In this document: positions 30,001-45,000 of the stretch, one piece after another
Layout: each line of letters opens with the position of its first letter
Position numbering within the stretch: position 1 is the stretch's first letter
The notes under the pieces: generated by a model
Databases searched by the model: none
Told to the model about the DNA's origin: nothing
What the model saw: the letters and a program-made list of their open reading frames with translations, nothing else
Made by a program: the position numbers and the translations under genes
NCBI GenBank assembly: GCA_032718475.1
Contig: JAUCBJ010004537.1
Coordinates: 1 to 64,000, forward strand
Direction: 5' to 3'
Origin: Nemertoderma westbladi
Taxonomy: Eukaryota > Animalia > Xenacoelomorpha
Length of the DNA stretch: 64,000 bases

Positions 30001-33000
30001 CGCAATCACAGGTGAGTGCGGGTAAGGGCAAACAGATTCACAATCGCGGGTGAGTGCGGGTAAGAGCAAACAGATACACAATCACAGGTGAGTGCGGGTA
30101 AGGGCAAACAGATACGCAATCACAGGTGAGTGCGGGTAAGAGCAAACAGATACACAATCACAGGTGAGTGCGGGTAAGGGCAAACAGATTCACAATCGCG
30201 GGTGAGTGCGGGTAAGAGCAAACAGATACACAATCACAGGTGAGTGCGGGTAAGGGCAAACAGATACACAATCACAGGTGAGTGCGGGTAAGAGCAAACA
30301 GATACACAATCACAGGTGAGTGCGGGTAAGAGCAAACAGATACACAATCACAGGTGAGTGCGGGTAAGGGCAAACAGATACACAATCACATGTGAGTGCG
30401 GGTAAGGGCAAACAGATACACAATCACAGGTGAGTGCGGGTAAGAGCAAACAGATACACAATCACAGGTGAGTGCGGGTAAGGGCAAACAGATACGGAAA
30501 AGTGCGTGTAAGGGCAAACAGATACACAATCACAGGTGAGTGCGGGTAAGGGCAAACAGATACACAATCACAGGTGAGTGCGGGTAAGAGCAAACAGATA
30601 CGGAAAAGTGCGTGTAAGGGCAAACAGATTCACAATCACAGGTGAGTGCGGGTAAGGGCAAACAGATACGCAATCACAGGTGAGTGCGGGTAAGAGCAAA
30701 CAGATACACAATCACATGTGAGTGCGGGTAAGGGCAAACAGATACACAATCACAGGTGAGTGCGGGTAAGAGCAAACAGATACACAATCACATGTGAGTG
30801 CGGGTAAGGGCAAACAGATACACAATCACAGGTGAGTGCGGGTAAGAGCAAACAGATACACAATCACAGGTGAGTGCGGGTAAGGGCAAACAGATACACA
30901 ATCACAGGTGAGTGCGGGTAAGAGCAAACAGATACACAATCACATGTGAGTGCGGGTAAGGGCAAACAGATACACAATCACATGTGAGTGCGGGTAAGGG
31001 CAAACAGATACACAATCACAGGTGAGTGCGGGTAAGGGCAAACAGATACGCAATCACAGGTGAGTGCGGGTAAGGGCAAACAGATACACAATCACAGGTG
31101 AGTGCGGGTAAGAGCAAACAGATACACAATCACATGTGAGTGCGGGTAAGGGCAAACAGATACACAATCACAGGTGAGTGCGGGTAAGAGCAAACAGATA
31201 CACAATCACAGGTGAGTGCGGGTAAGGGCAAACAGATACACAATCACAGGTGAGTGCGGGTAAGAGCAAACAGATACACAATCACATGTGAGTGCGGGTA
31301 AGGGCAAACAGATACACAATCACAGGTGAGTGCGGGTAAGAGCAAACAGATACACAATCACAGGTGAGTGCGGGTAAGGGCAAACAGATACGCAATCACA
31401 GGTGAGTGCGGGTAAGGGCAAACAGATTCACAATCACAGGTGAGTGCGGGTAAGGGCAAACAGATACGCAATCACAGGTGAGTGCGGGTAAGAGCAAACA
31501 GATACGGAAAAGTGCGTGTAAGGGCAAACAGATTCACAATCACAGGTGAGTGCGGGTAAGGTCAAACAGATACACAATCACAGGTGAGTGCGGGTAAGGG
31601 CAAACAGATACACAATCACATGTGAGTGCGGGTAAGGGCAAACAGATACACAATCACAGGTGAGTGCGGGTAAGAGCAAACAGATACACAATCACAGGTG
31701 AGTGCGGGTAAGGGCAAACAGATACGCAATCACAGGTGAGTGCGGGTAAGAGCAAACAGATACGGAAAAGTGCGTGTAAGGGCAAACAGATTCACAATCA
31801 CAGGTGAGTGCGGGTAAGGGCAAACAGATACGCAATCACAGGTGAGTGCGGGTAAGAGCAAACAGATACACAATCACAGGTGAGTGCGGGTAAGGGCAAA
31901 CAGATACACAATCACAGGTGAGTGCGGGTAAGGGCAAACAGATACACAATCACGGGTGAGTGCGGGTAAGGGCAAACAGATACGGAAAAGTGCGTGTAAG
32001 GGCAAACAGATTCACAATCACAGGTGAGTGCGGGTAAGGGCAAACAGATACGCAATCACAGGTGAGTGCGGGTAAGGGCAAACAGATACACAATCACAGG
32101 TGAGTGCGGGTAAGAGCAAACAGATACGGAAAAGTGCGTGTAAGGGCAAACAGATTCACAATCACATGTGAGTGCGGGTAAGGGCAAACAGATTCACAAT
32201 CACAGGTGAGTGCGGGTAAGGGCAAACAGATTCACAATCACAGGTGAGTGCGGGTAAGGGCAAACAGATACGCAATCACAGGTGAGTGCGGGTAAGGGCA
32301 AACAGATACACAATCACAGGTGAGTGCGGGTAAGAGCAAACAGATACGGAAAAGTGCGTGTAAGGGCAAACAGATTCACAATCACATGTGAGTGCGGGTA
32401 AGAGCAAACGCAATCACAGGTGAGTGCGGGTAAGAGCAAACAGATACACAATCACAGGTGAGTGCGGGTAAGGGCAAACAGATACACAATCACATGTGAG
32501 TGCGGGTAAGGGCAAACAGATACACAATCACATGTGAGTGCGGGTAAGAGCAAACAGATACGCAATCACAGGTGAGTGCGGGTAAGGGCAAACAGATACA
32601 CAATCACATGTGAGTGCGGGTAAGGGCAAACAGATACACAATCACATGTGAGTGCGGGTAAGGGCAAACAGATACACAATCACATGTGAGTGCGGGTAAG
32701 AGCAAACAGATACGCAATCACAGGTGAGTGCGGATAAGGGCAAACAGATACACAATCACAGGTGAGTGCGGTAAGGGCAAACAGATTCACAATCACAGGT
32801 GAGAGCGTGTAAGGGCAAACAGATACGCAATCACAGGTGAGTGCGGGTAAGGGCAAACAGATACACAATCACATGTGAGTGCGTGTAAGGGCAAACAGAT
32901 ACGCAATCACAGGTGAGTGCGTGTAAGGGCAAACAGATACGCAATCACAGGTGAGTGCGGGTAAGAGCAAACAGATACACAATCACAGGTGAGTGCGTGT

Positions 33001-36000
33001 AAGGGCAAACAGATACACAATCACATGTGAGTGCGGGTAAGGGCAAACAGATACACAATCACAGGTGAGTGCGGGTAAGGGCAAACAGATACACAATCAC
33101 AGGTGAGTGCGGGTAAGGGCAAACAGATACGCAATCACAGGTGAGTGCGGGTAAGAGCAAACAGATACGGAAAAGTGCGTGTAAGGGCAAACAGATACAC
33201 AATCACATGTGAGTGCGGGTAAGGGCAAACAGATACGCAATCACAGGTGAGTGCGTGTAAGGGCAAACAGATACACAATCACATGTGAGTGCGGGTAAGA
33301 GCAAACAGATACACAATCACATGTGAGTGCGGGTAAGGGCAAACAGATACACAATCACAGGTGAGTGCGGTAAGGGCAAACAGATTCACAATCACAGGTG
33401 AGAGCGTGTAAGGGCAAACAGATACGCAATCACAGGTGAGTGCGGGTAAGGGCAAACAGATACACAATCACATGTGAGTGCGGGTAAGAGCAAACAGATA
33501 CGCAATCACAGGTGAGTGCGGATAAGGGCAAACAGATACACAATCACAGGTGAGTGCGGTAAGGGCAAACAGATTCACAATCACAGGTGAGAGCGTGTAA
33601 GGGCAAACAGATACGCAATCACAGGTGAGTGCGGGTAAGGGCAAACAGATACACAATCACATGTGAGTGCGTGTAAGGGCAAACAGATACGCAATCACAG
33701 GTGAGTGCGGGTAAGGGCAAACAGATACGCAATCACAGGTGAGTGCGGGTAAGGGCAAACAGATACGGAAAAGTGCGTGTAAGGGCAAACAGATACGCAA
33801 TCACAGGTGAGTGCGGGTAAGGGCAAACAGATACGCAATCACAGGTGAGTGCGGGTAAGAGCAAACAGATACACAATCACAGGTGAGTGCGGGTAAGGGC
33901 AAACAGATACACAATCACATGTGAGTGCGGGTAAGGGCAAACAGATACGCAATCACAGGTGAGTGCGGGTAAGGGCAAACAGATACACAATCACATGTGA
34001 GTGCGGGTAAGGGCAAACAGATACGCAATCACAGGTGAGTGCGGGTAAGAGCAAACAGATACGGAAAAGTGCGTGTAAGGGCAAACAGATTCACAATCAC
34101 AGGTGAGTGCGGGTAAGGGCAAACAGATACGCAATCACAGGTGAGTGCGGGTAAGGGCAAACAGATTCACAATCACGGGTGAGTGCGGGTAAGGGCAAAC
34201 GCAATCACAGGTGAGTGAGGGTATGGGCAAACAGATACACAATCACAGGTGAGTGCGGGTAAGGGCAAACAGATACGCAATCACAGGTGAGTGCGGGTAA
34301 GAGCAAACAGATACACAATCACAGGTGAGTGCGGGTAAGGGCAAACAGATACACAATCACAGGTGAGTGCGGGTAAGGGCAAACAGATACGCAATCACAG
34401 GTGAGTGCGGGTAAGAGCAAACAGATACACAATCACAGGTGAGTGCGGGTAAGGGCAAACAGATACGCAATCACAGGTGAGTGCGGGTAAGGGCAAACAG
34501 ATACGAAAAAGTGCGTGTAAGGGCAAACAGATTCACAATCACAGGTGAGTGCGGGTAAGGGCAAACAGATACGCAATCACAGGTGAGTGCGGGTAAGGGC
34601 AAACAGATACGAAAAAGTGCGTGTAAGGGCAAACAGATTCACAATCACAGGTGAGTGCGGGTAAGGGCAAACAGATACGCAATCACAGGTGAGTGCGGGT
34701 AAGAGCAAACAGATACGGAAAAGTGCGTGTAAGGGCAAACAGATTCACAATCACAGGTGAGTGCGGGTAAGGGCAAACAGATACGCAATCACAGGTGAGT
34801 GCGGGTAAGGGCAAACAGATTCACAATCACGGGTGAGTGCGGGTAAGGGCAAACAGATACGCAATCACAGGTGAGTGCGGGTAAGGGCAAACAGATACGC
34901 AATCACAGGTGAGTGCGGGTAAGGGCAAACAGATTCACAATCACAGGTGAGTGCGGGTAAGAGCAAACAGATACACAATCACAGGTGAGTGCGGGTAAGG
35001 GCAAACAGATACGGAAAAGTGCGTGTAAGGGCAAACAGATTCACAATCACAGGTGAGTGCGGGTAAGGGCAAACAGATACGCAATCACAGGTGAGTGCGG
35101 GTAAGAGCAAACAGATACACAATCACAGGTGAGTGCGGGTAAGGGCAAACAGATACACAATCACAGGTGAGTGCGGGTAAGGGCAAACAGATACACAATC
35201 ACAGGTGAGTGCGGGTAAGGGCAAACAGATACACAATCACAGGTGAGTGCGGGTAAGGGCAAACAGATACGGAAAAGTGCGTGTAAGGGCAAACAGATAC
35301 ACAATCACAGGTGAGTGCGGGTAAGGGCAAACAGATACACAATCACAGGTGAGTGCGGGTAAGGGCAAACAGATACGGAAAAGTGCGTGTAAGGGCAAAC
35401 AGATACACAATCACAGGTGAGTGCGGGTAAGGGCAAACAGATACGGAAAAGTGCGTGTAAGGGCAAACAGATACACAATCACAGGTGAGTGCGGGTAAGG
35501 GCAAACAGATTCACAATCACAGGTGAGTGCGGGTAAGAGCAAACATATACGCAATCACAGGTGAGTGCGGGTAAGGGCAAACAGATTCACAATCACGGGT
35601 GAGTGCGGGTAAGGGCAAACGCAATCACAGGTGAGTGAGGGTATGGGCAAACAGATACGCAATCACAGGTGAGTGCGGATAAGGGCAAACAGATACGCAA
35701 TCACAGGTGAGTGCGGGTAAGGGCAAACAGATACGGAAAAGTGCGTGTAAGGGCAAACAGATTCACAATCACAGGTGAGTGCGGGTAAGGGCAAACAGAT
35801 ACGCAATCACAGGTGAGTGCGGGTAAGGGCAAACAGATTCACAATCACGGGTGAGTGCGGGTAAGGGCAAACGCAATCACAGGTGAGTGAGGGTATGGGC
35901 AAACAGATACGCAATCACAGGTGAGTGCGGATAAGGGCAAACAGATACGCAATCACAGGTGAGTGCGGGTAAGGGCAAACAGATACGGAAAAGTGCGTGT

Positions 36001-39000
36001 AAGGGCAAACAGATTCACAATCACAGGTGAGTGCGGGTAAGGGCAAACAGATACGCAATCACAGGTGAGTGCGGGTAAGGGCAAACAGATACGCAATCAC
36101 AGGTGAGTGCGGGTAAGAGCAAACAGATACGGAAAAGTGCGTGTAAGGGCAAACAGATTCACAATCACAGGTGAGTGCGGGTAAGGGCAAACAGATACGC
36201 AATCACAGGTGAGTGCGGGTAAGGGCAAACAGATTCACAATCACGGGTGAGTGCGGGTAAGGGCAAACGCAATCACAGGTGAGTGAGGGTATGGGCAAAC
36301 AGATACGCAATCACAGGTGAGTGCGGATAAGGGCAAACAGATACGCAATCACAGGTGAGTGCGGGTAAGGGCAAACAGATACGGAAAAGTGCGTGTAAGG
36401 GCAAACAGATTCACAATCACAGGTGAGTGCGGGTAAGGGCAAACAGATACGCAATCACAGGTGAGTGCGGGTAAGGGCAAACAGATTCACAATCACGGGT
36501 GAGTGCGGGTAAGGGCAAACAGATACGGAAAAGTGCGTGTAAGGGCAAACAGATTCACAATCACAGGTGAGTGCGGGTAAGGGCAAACAGATACGCAATC
36601 ACAGGTGAGTGCGGGTAAGGGCAAACAGATTCACAATCACGGGTGAGTGCGGGTAAGGGCAAACGCAATCACAGGTGAGTGAGGGTATGGGCAAACAGAT
36701 ACGCAATCACAGGTGAGTGCGGATAAGGGCAAACAGATACGCAATCACAGGTGAGTGCGGGTAAGGGCAAACAGATACGCAATCACAGGTGATTACGGGT
36801 AAGGGCAAACAGATAGACAATCACAGGTGAGTGCGGGTAAGGGCAAACAGATACGCAAATGTGCGTGTAAGGGCAAACAGATACGCAATCACAGGTGAGT
36901 GCGGGTAAGGGCAAACAGATTCACAATCACGGGTGAGTGCGGGTAAGGGCAAACGCAATCACAGGTGAGTGAGGGTATGGGCAAACAGATAAGCAATCAC
37001 AGGTGAGTGCGGATAAGGGCAAACAGATACGCAATCACAGGTGAGTGCGGGTAAGAGCAAACAGATACACAATCACAGGTGAGTGCGGGTAAGGGCAAAC
37101 AGATACGCAATCACAGGTGAGTGCGGGTAAGGTCAAACAGATACGCAAAAGTGCGTGTAAGGGCAAACAGATACGCAAAAGTGCGTGTAAGGGCAAACAG
37201 ATACGCAATCACAGGTGAGTGCGGGTAAGGGCAAACAGATACACAATCACAGGTGAGTGCGGGTAAGGGCAAACAGATACGCAATCACAGGTGAGTGCGG
37301 GTAAGGGCAAACGCAATCACAGGTGAGTGCGGGTAAGGGCAAACCGATACGCAATCACAGGTGAGTACGGGTAAGAGCAAACAGATACGCAATCACAGGT
37401 GAGTGCGGGTAAGAGCAAACAGATACGCAATCACAGGTGAGTGCGGGTAAGGGCAAACAGATAGACAATCACAGGTGAGTGCGGGTAAGGGCAAACAGAT
37501 ACGCAAATGTGCGTGTAAGGGCAAACAGATACGCAATCACAGGTGAGTGCGGGTAAGGGCAAACAGATTCACAATCACGGGTGAGTGCGGGTAAGGGCAA
37601 ACGCAATCACAGGTGAGTGAGGGTATGGGCAAACAGATACGCAATCACAGGTGAGTGCGGATAAGGGCAAACAGATACGCAATCACAGGTGAGTGCGGGT
37701 AAGAGCAAACAGATACACAATCACAGGTGAGTGCGGGTAAGAGCAAACAGATACACAATCACAGGTGAGTGCGGGTAAGGGCAAACAGATACACAATCAC
37801 AGGTGAGTGCGTGTAAGGGCAAACAGATACACAATCACAGGTGAGTGCGGGTAAGGGCAAACAGATACACAATCACAGGTGAGTGCGGGTAAGGGCAAAC
37901 AGATACGCAATCACAGGTGAGTGCGGGTAAGGTCAAACAGATACGCAAAAGTGCGTGTAAGGGCAAACAGATACGCAAAAGTGCGTGTAAGGGCAAACAG
38001 ATACGCAATCACAGGTGAGTGCGGGTAAGGGCAAACAGATACGCGTGCGGGTTAGGTCAAACAGATACGCAAAAGTGCGTGAAAGGGCAAACAGATACGC
38101 AATCACAGGTGAGTGCGGGTAAGGGCAAACAGATTCACAATCACGGGTGAGTGCGGGTAAGGGCAAACGCAATCACAGGTGAGTGAGGGTATGGGCAAAC
38201 AGATACGCAATCACAGGTGAGTGCGGATAAGGGCAAACAGATACGCAATCACAGGTGAGTGCGGGTAAGGGCAAACAGATACGCAATCACAGGTGAGTGC
38301 GGGTAAGGTCAAACAGATACGCAAAAGTGCGTGTAAGGGCAAACAGATACGCAAAAGTGCGTGTAAGGGCAAACAGATACGCAATCACAGGTGAGTGCGG
38401 GTAAGGGCAAACAGATACACAATCACAGGTGAGTGCGGGTAAGGGCAAACAGATACGCAATCACAGGTGAGTGCGGGTAAGGGCAAACGCAATCACAGGT
38501 GAGTGCGGGTAAGGGCAAACCGATACGCAATCACAGGTGAGTACGGGTAAGAGCAAACAGATACGCAATCACAGGTGAGTGCGGGTAAGAGCAAACAGAT
38601 ACGCAATCACAGGTGAGTGCGGGTAAGGGCAAACAGATAGACAATCACAGGTGAGTGCGGGTAAGGGCAAACAGATACGCAAATGTGCGTGTAAGGGCAA
38701 ACAGATACGCAATCACAGGTGAGTGCGGGTAAGGGCAAACAGATTCACAATCACGGGTGAGTGCGGGTAAGGGCAAACGCAATCACAGGTGAGTGAGGGT
38801 ATGGGCAAACAGATACGCAATCACAGGTGAGTGCGGATAAGGGCAAACAGATACGCAATCACAGGTGAGTGCGGGTAAGAGCAAACAGATACACAATCAC
38901 AGGTGAGTGCGGGTAAGAGCAAACAGATACACAATCACAGGTGAGTGCGGGTAAGGGCAAACAGATACACAATCACAGGTGAGTGCGTGTAAGGGCAAAC

Positions 39001-42000
39001 AGATACACAATCACAGGTGAGTGCGGGTAAGGGCAAACAGATACACAATCACAGGTGAGTGCGGGTAAGGGCAAACAGATACGCAATCACAGGTGAGTGC
39101 GGGTAAGGTCAAACAGATACGCAAAAGTGCGTGTAAGGGCAAACAGATACGCAAAAGTGCGTGTAAGGGCAAACAGATACGCAATCACAGGTGAGTGCGG
39201 GTAAGGGCAAACAGATACGCGTGCGGGTTAGGTCAAACAGATACGCAAAAGTGCGTGAAAGGGCAAACAGATACACAATCACAGGTGAGTGCGGGTAAGG
39301 GCAAACAGATACACAATCACAGGTGAGTGCGGGTAAGGGCAAACAGATACGCAATCACAGGTGAGTGCGGGTAAGGTCAAACAGATACGCAAAAGTGCGT
39401 GTAAGGGCAAACAGATACGCAAAAGTGCGTGTAAGGGCAAACAGATACGCAATCACAGGTGAGTGCGGGTAAGGGCAAACAGATACGCGTGCGGGTTAGG
39501 TCAAACAGATACGCAAAAGTGCGTGAAAGGGCAAACAGATACACAATCACAGGTGAGTGCGGGTAAGGGTAAACAGATAAGCGTGCGGGTAAGATCAAAC
39601 AGATACGCAATAAGTGCGTGTAAGGGCAAACACACCAAACAGATACGCAATCACAGGTGAGTGCGTGCAAGGGCAAACAGATACGCAATAGTGCATGTAA
39701 GGGCAAACAGATACGCAAAAGTGCGTGTAAGGGCAAACAGATACGCAATCACAGGTGAGTGCGGGTAAGGGCAAACGCAATCACAGATGAGTGCGGGTAA
39801 GGGCAAACAAATACGCAATAGTGCATGTAAGGGCAAACAGATACGCAAAAGTGCGTGTAAGGGCAAACAGATACGCAATCACAGGTGAGTGCGGGTAAGG
39901 GCAAACGCAATCACAGGTGAGTGCGGGTAAGGGCAAACGCAATCACAGGTGAGTGCGGGTAAGGGCAAACGCAATCACAGGTGAGTGCGGGTAAGGGCAA
40001 ACAGATACGCAATCACAGGTGATTACGGGTAAGGGCAAACAGATTCACAATCACGGGTGAGTGCGGGTAAGGGCAAACGCAATCACAGGTGAGTGAGGGT
40101 ATGGGCAAACAGATACGAATCACAGGTGAGTGCGGGTAAGGGCAAACAGATACACAATCACAGGTGAGTGCGTGTAATGGCAAACAGATACGCAATCACA
40201 GGTGAGTGCGGTTAAGAGCAAACAGATACGCAATCACAGGTGAGTGCGGATAAGGGCAAACAGATACGCAATCACAGGTGAGTGCGGGTAAGAGCAAACA
40301 GATACACAATCACAGGTGAGTGCGGGTAAGGGCAAACAGATACGCAATCACAGGTGAGTGCGGGTAAGGTCAAACAGATACGCAAAAGTGCGTGTAAGGG
40401 CAAACAGATACGCAAAAGTGCGTGTAAGGGCAAACAGATACGCAATCACAGGTGAGTGCGGGTAAGGGCAAACAGATACGCGTGCGGGTTAGGTCAAACA
40501 GATACGCAAAAGTGCGTGAAAGGGCAAACAGATACACAATCACAGGTGAGTGCGGGTAAGGGTAAACAGATAAGCGTGCGGGTAAGATCAAACAGATACG
40601 CAATAAGTGCGTGTAAGGGCAAACACACCAAACAGATACGCAATCACAGGTGAGTGCGTGCAAGGGCAAACAGATACGCAATAGTGCATGTAAGGGCAAA
40701 CAGATACGCAAAAGTGCGTGTAAGGGCAAACAGATACGCAATCACAGGTGAGTGCGGGTAAGGGCAAACGCAATCACAGATGAGTGCGGGTAAGGGCAAA
40801 CAAATACGCAATAGTGCATGTAAGGGCAAACAGATACGCAAAAGTGCGTGTAAGGGCAAACAGATACGCAATCACAGGTGAGTGCGGGTAAGGGCAAACG
40901 CAATCACAGGTGAGTGCGGGTAAGGGCAAACGCAATCACAGGTGAGTGCGGGTAAGGGCAAACGCAATCACAGGTGAGTGCGGGTAAGGGCAAACAGATA
41001 CGCAATCACAGGTGATTACGGGTAAGGGCAAACAGATTCACAATCACGGGTGAGTGCGGGTAAGGGCAAACGCAATCACAGGTGAGTGAGGGTATGGGCA
41101 AACAGATACGAATCACAGGTGAGTGCGGGTAAGGGCAAACAGATACACAATCACAGGTGAGTGCGTGTAAGAGCAAACAGATACGCAATCACAGGTGAGT
41201 GCGGTTAAGAGCAAACAGATACGCAATCACAGGTGAGTGCGGGTAAGGGCAAACGCAATCACAGGTGAGTGAGGGTATGGGCAAACAGATACGAATCACA
41301 GGTGAGTGCGGGTAAGGGCAAACAGATTCACAATCACGGGTGAGTGCGGGTAAGAGCAAACAGATAGACAATCACAGGTGAGTGCGGGTAAGGGCAAACG
41401 CAATCACAGGTGAGTGCGGATAAGGGCAAACGCAATCACAGGTGGGTGCGGGTAAGGGCAAACAGATACACAATCACAGGTGAGTGCGGGTAAGAGCAAA
41501 CAGATACGAAATCACAGGAGTGCGTTAAGGGCAAACAGATACGCAATCACAGGTGAGTGCGGGTAAGGGCAAACAGATACGCAATCACAGGTGAGTGCGG
41601 GTAAGGGCAAACAGATAGACAATCACAGGTGAGTGCGGGTAAGGGCAAACGCAATCACAGGTGAGTGGGGATAAGGGCAAACGCAATCACAGGTGGGTGC
41701 GGGTAAGGGCAAACAGATACGCAATCACAGGTGAGTGCGGGTAAGGGCAAACAGATAGACAATCACAGGTGAGTGCGGGTAAGGGCAAACAGATACGCAA
41801 TCACAGGTGAGTGCGGGTAAGGCAAACAGATAGACAATCACAGGTGAGTGCGGGTAAGGGCAAACGCAATCACAGGTGAGTGCGGATAAGGGCAAACGCA
41901 ATCACAGGTGGGTGCGGGTAAGGGCAAACAGATACGCAATCACAGGTGAGTGCGGGTAAGAGCAAACAGATACGAAATCACAGGAGTGCGTTAAGGGCAA

Positions 42001-45000
42001 ACAGATACGCAATCACAGGTGAGTGCGGGTAAGGGCAAACAGATACGCAATCACAGGTGAGTGCGGGTAAGGGCAAACAGATAGACAATCACAGGTGAGT
42101 GCGGGTAAGGGCAAACGCAATCACAGGTGAGTGCGGATAAGGGCAAACGCAATCACAGGTGGGTGCGGGTAAGGGCAAACAGATACGCAATCACAGGTGA
42201 GTGCGGGTAAGAGCAAACAGATACGAAATCACAGGAGTGCGGGTAAGGGCAAACAGATTCACAATCACAGGTGAGTGCGTGTAAGGGCAAACAGATTCAC
42301 AATCACAGGTGAGTGCGGGTAAGGGCAAACAGATACACAATCACAGGTGAGTGCGGGTAAGGGCAAACAGATACGCAATCACAGGTGAGTGCGGGTAAGG
42401 GCAAACAGATACGCAATCACAGGTGAGTGCGGGTAAGGGCAAACAGATACGCAATCACAGGTGAGTGCGGGTAAGGGCAAACAGATAGACAATCACAGGT
42501 GAGTGCGGGTAAGGGCAAATGCAATCACAGGTGAGTGGGGATAAGGGCAAACGCAATCACAGGTGGGTGCGGATAAGGGCAAACAGATACGAAATCACAG
42601 GAGTGCGTTAAGGGCAAACAGATACGCAATCACAGGTGAGTGCGGGTAAGGGCAAACAGATACGCAATCACAGGTGAGTGCGGGTAAGGGCAAACAGATA
42701 CGCAATCACAGGTGAGTGCGGGTAAGGGCAAACAGATAGACAATCACAGGTGAGTGCGGGTAAGGGCAAACGCAATCACAGGTGAGTGGGGATAAGGGCA
42801 AACGCAATCACAGGTGGGTGCGGATAAGGGCAAACAGATACGAAATCACAGGAGTGCGTTAAGGGCAAACAGATACGCAATCACAGGTGTGTGCGGGTAA
42901 GGGCAAACAGATACGCAATCACAGGTGAGTGCGGGTAAGGGCAAACAGATACGCAATCACAGGTGAGTGCGGGTAAGGGCAAACAGATAGACAATCACAG
43001 GTGAGTGCGGGTAAGGGCAAACGCAATCACAGGTGAGTGCGGATAAGGGCAAACGCAATCACAGGTGAGTGCGGATAAGGGCAAACAGATACGCAATCAC
43101 AGGTGAGTGCGGGTAAGAGCAAACAGATACGAAATCACAGGAGTGCGTTAAGGGCAAACAGATACGCAATCACAGGTGAGTGCGGGTAAGGGCAAACAGA
43201 TACGCAATCACAGGTGAGTGCGGGTAAGGGCAAACAGATAGACAATCACAGGTGAGTGCGGGTAAGGGCAAACGCAATCACAGGTGAGTGGGGATAAGGG
43301 CAAACGCAATCACAGGTGGGTGCGGGTAAGGGCAAACAGATACGCAATCACAGGAGTGCGTTAAGGGCAAACAGATACGCAATCACAGGTGAGTGCGGGT
43401 AAGAGCAAACAGATACGGAAAAGTGCGTGTAAGGGCAAACAGATACACAATCACAGGTGAGTGCGGGTAAGGGCAAACAGATACACAATCACAGGTGAGT
43501 GCGGGTAAGAGCAAACAGATACGAAATCACAGGTGAGTGCGGGTAAGGGCAAACAGATACGCAATCACAGGTGAGTGCGGGTAAGGGCAAACAGATACGC
43601 AAAAGTGCGTGTAAGGGCAAACAGATACGCAAAAGTGCGTGTAAGGGCAAACAGATACGCAAAAGTGCGTGTAAGGGCAAACAGGCAAAAGTGTGTGTAA
43701 GGGCAAACAGGCAAATGTGCGTGTAAGGGCAAACAGTTCCGCAAAAGTGCGTGTAAGGGCAAACAGGCAAAAGTGCGTGTAAGGGCAAACCGTTACGCAA
43801 AAGTGCGTGTAAGGGCAAACAGGCAAAAGTGCGTGTAAGGGCAAACCAAACAGGCAAAAGTGCGTGTAAGGGCAAACAGACAAAAGTGCGTGTAAGGGCA
43901 AATAGTTCCGCAAAAGTGCGTGTAAGGGCAAACAGATACGCAATCACAGGTGAGTGCGGGTAAGGGCAAACAGATACGCAATCACAGGTGAGTGCGGGTA
44001 AGGGCAAACAGATAGACAATCACAGGTGAGTGCGGGTAAGGGCAAACGCAATCACAGGTGAGTGCGGATAAGGGCAAACGCAATCACAGGTGAGTGCGGA
44101 TAAGGGCAAACAGATACGCAATCACAGGTGAGTGCGGGTAAGAGCAAACAGATACGAAATCACAGGAGTGCGTTAAGGGCAAACAGATACGCAATCACAG
44201 GTGAGTGCGGGTAAGGGCAAACAGATACGCAATCACAGGTGAGTGCGGGTAAGGGCAAACAGATAGACAATCACAGGTGAGTGCGGGTAAGGGCAAACGC
44301 AATCACAGGTGAGTGGGGATAAGGGCAAACGCAATCACAGGTGGGTGCGGGTAAGGGCAAACAGATACGCAATCACAGGAGTGCGTTAAGGGCAAACAGA
44401 TACGCAATCACAGGTGAGTGCGGGTAAGAGCAAACAGATACGAAATCACAGGTGAGTGCGGGTAAGGGCAAACAGATACGCAATCACAGGTGAGTGCGGG
44501 TAAGGGCAAACAGATACGCAAAAGTGCGTGTAAGGGCAAACAGATACGCAAAAGTGCGTGTAAGGGCAAACAGATACGCAAAAGTGCGTGTAAGGGCAAA
44601 CAGGCAAAAGTGTGTGTAAGGGCAAACAGGCAAATGTGCGTGTAAGGGCAAACAGTTCCGCAAAAGTGCGTGTAAGGGCAAACAGGCAAAAGTGCGTGTA
44701 AGGGCAAACCGTTACGCAAAAGTGCGTGTAAGGGCAAACAGGCAAAAGTGCGTGTAAGGGCAAACCAAACAGGCAAAAGTGCGTGTAAGGGCAAACAGAC
44801 AAAAGTGCGTGTAAGGGCAAATAGTTCCGCAAAAGTGCGTGTAAGGGCAAACAGATACGCAAAAGTGTGTGTAAGGGCAAACAGATACGCAAAAGTGCGT
44901 GTAAGGGCAAACAGATACGCAAAAGTGCGTGTAAGGGCAAACAGGCAAAAGTGTGTGTAAGGGCAAACAGGCAAATGTGCGTGTAAGGGCAAACAGTTCC

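Noticed and set aside
1-44510. CAGGTG / CATGTG E-box in each 38-mer
   Set aside because: A 6-mer motif amplified with the monomer, with no independent support for factor binding.
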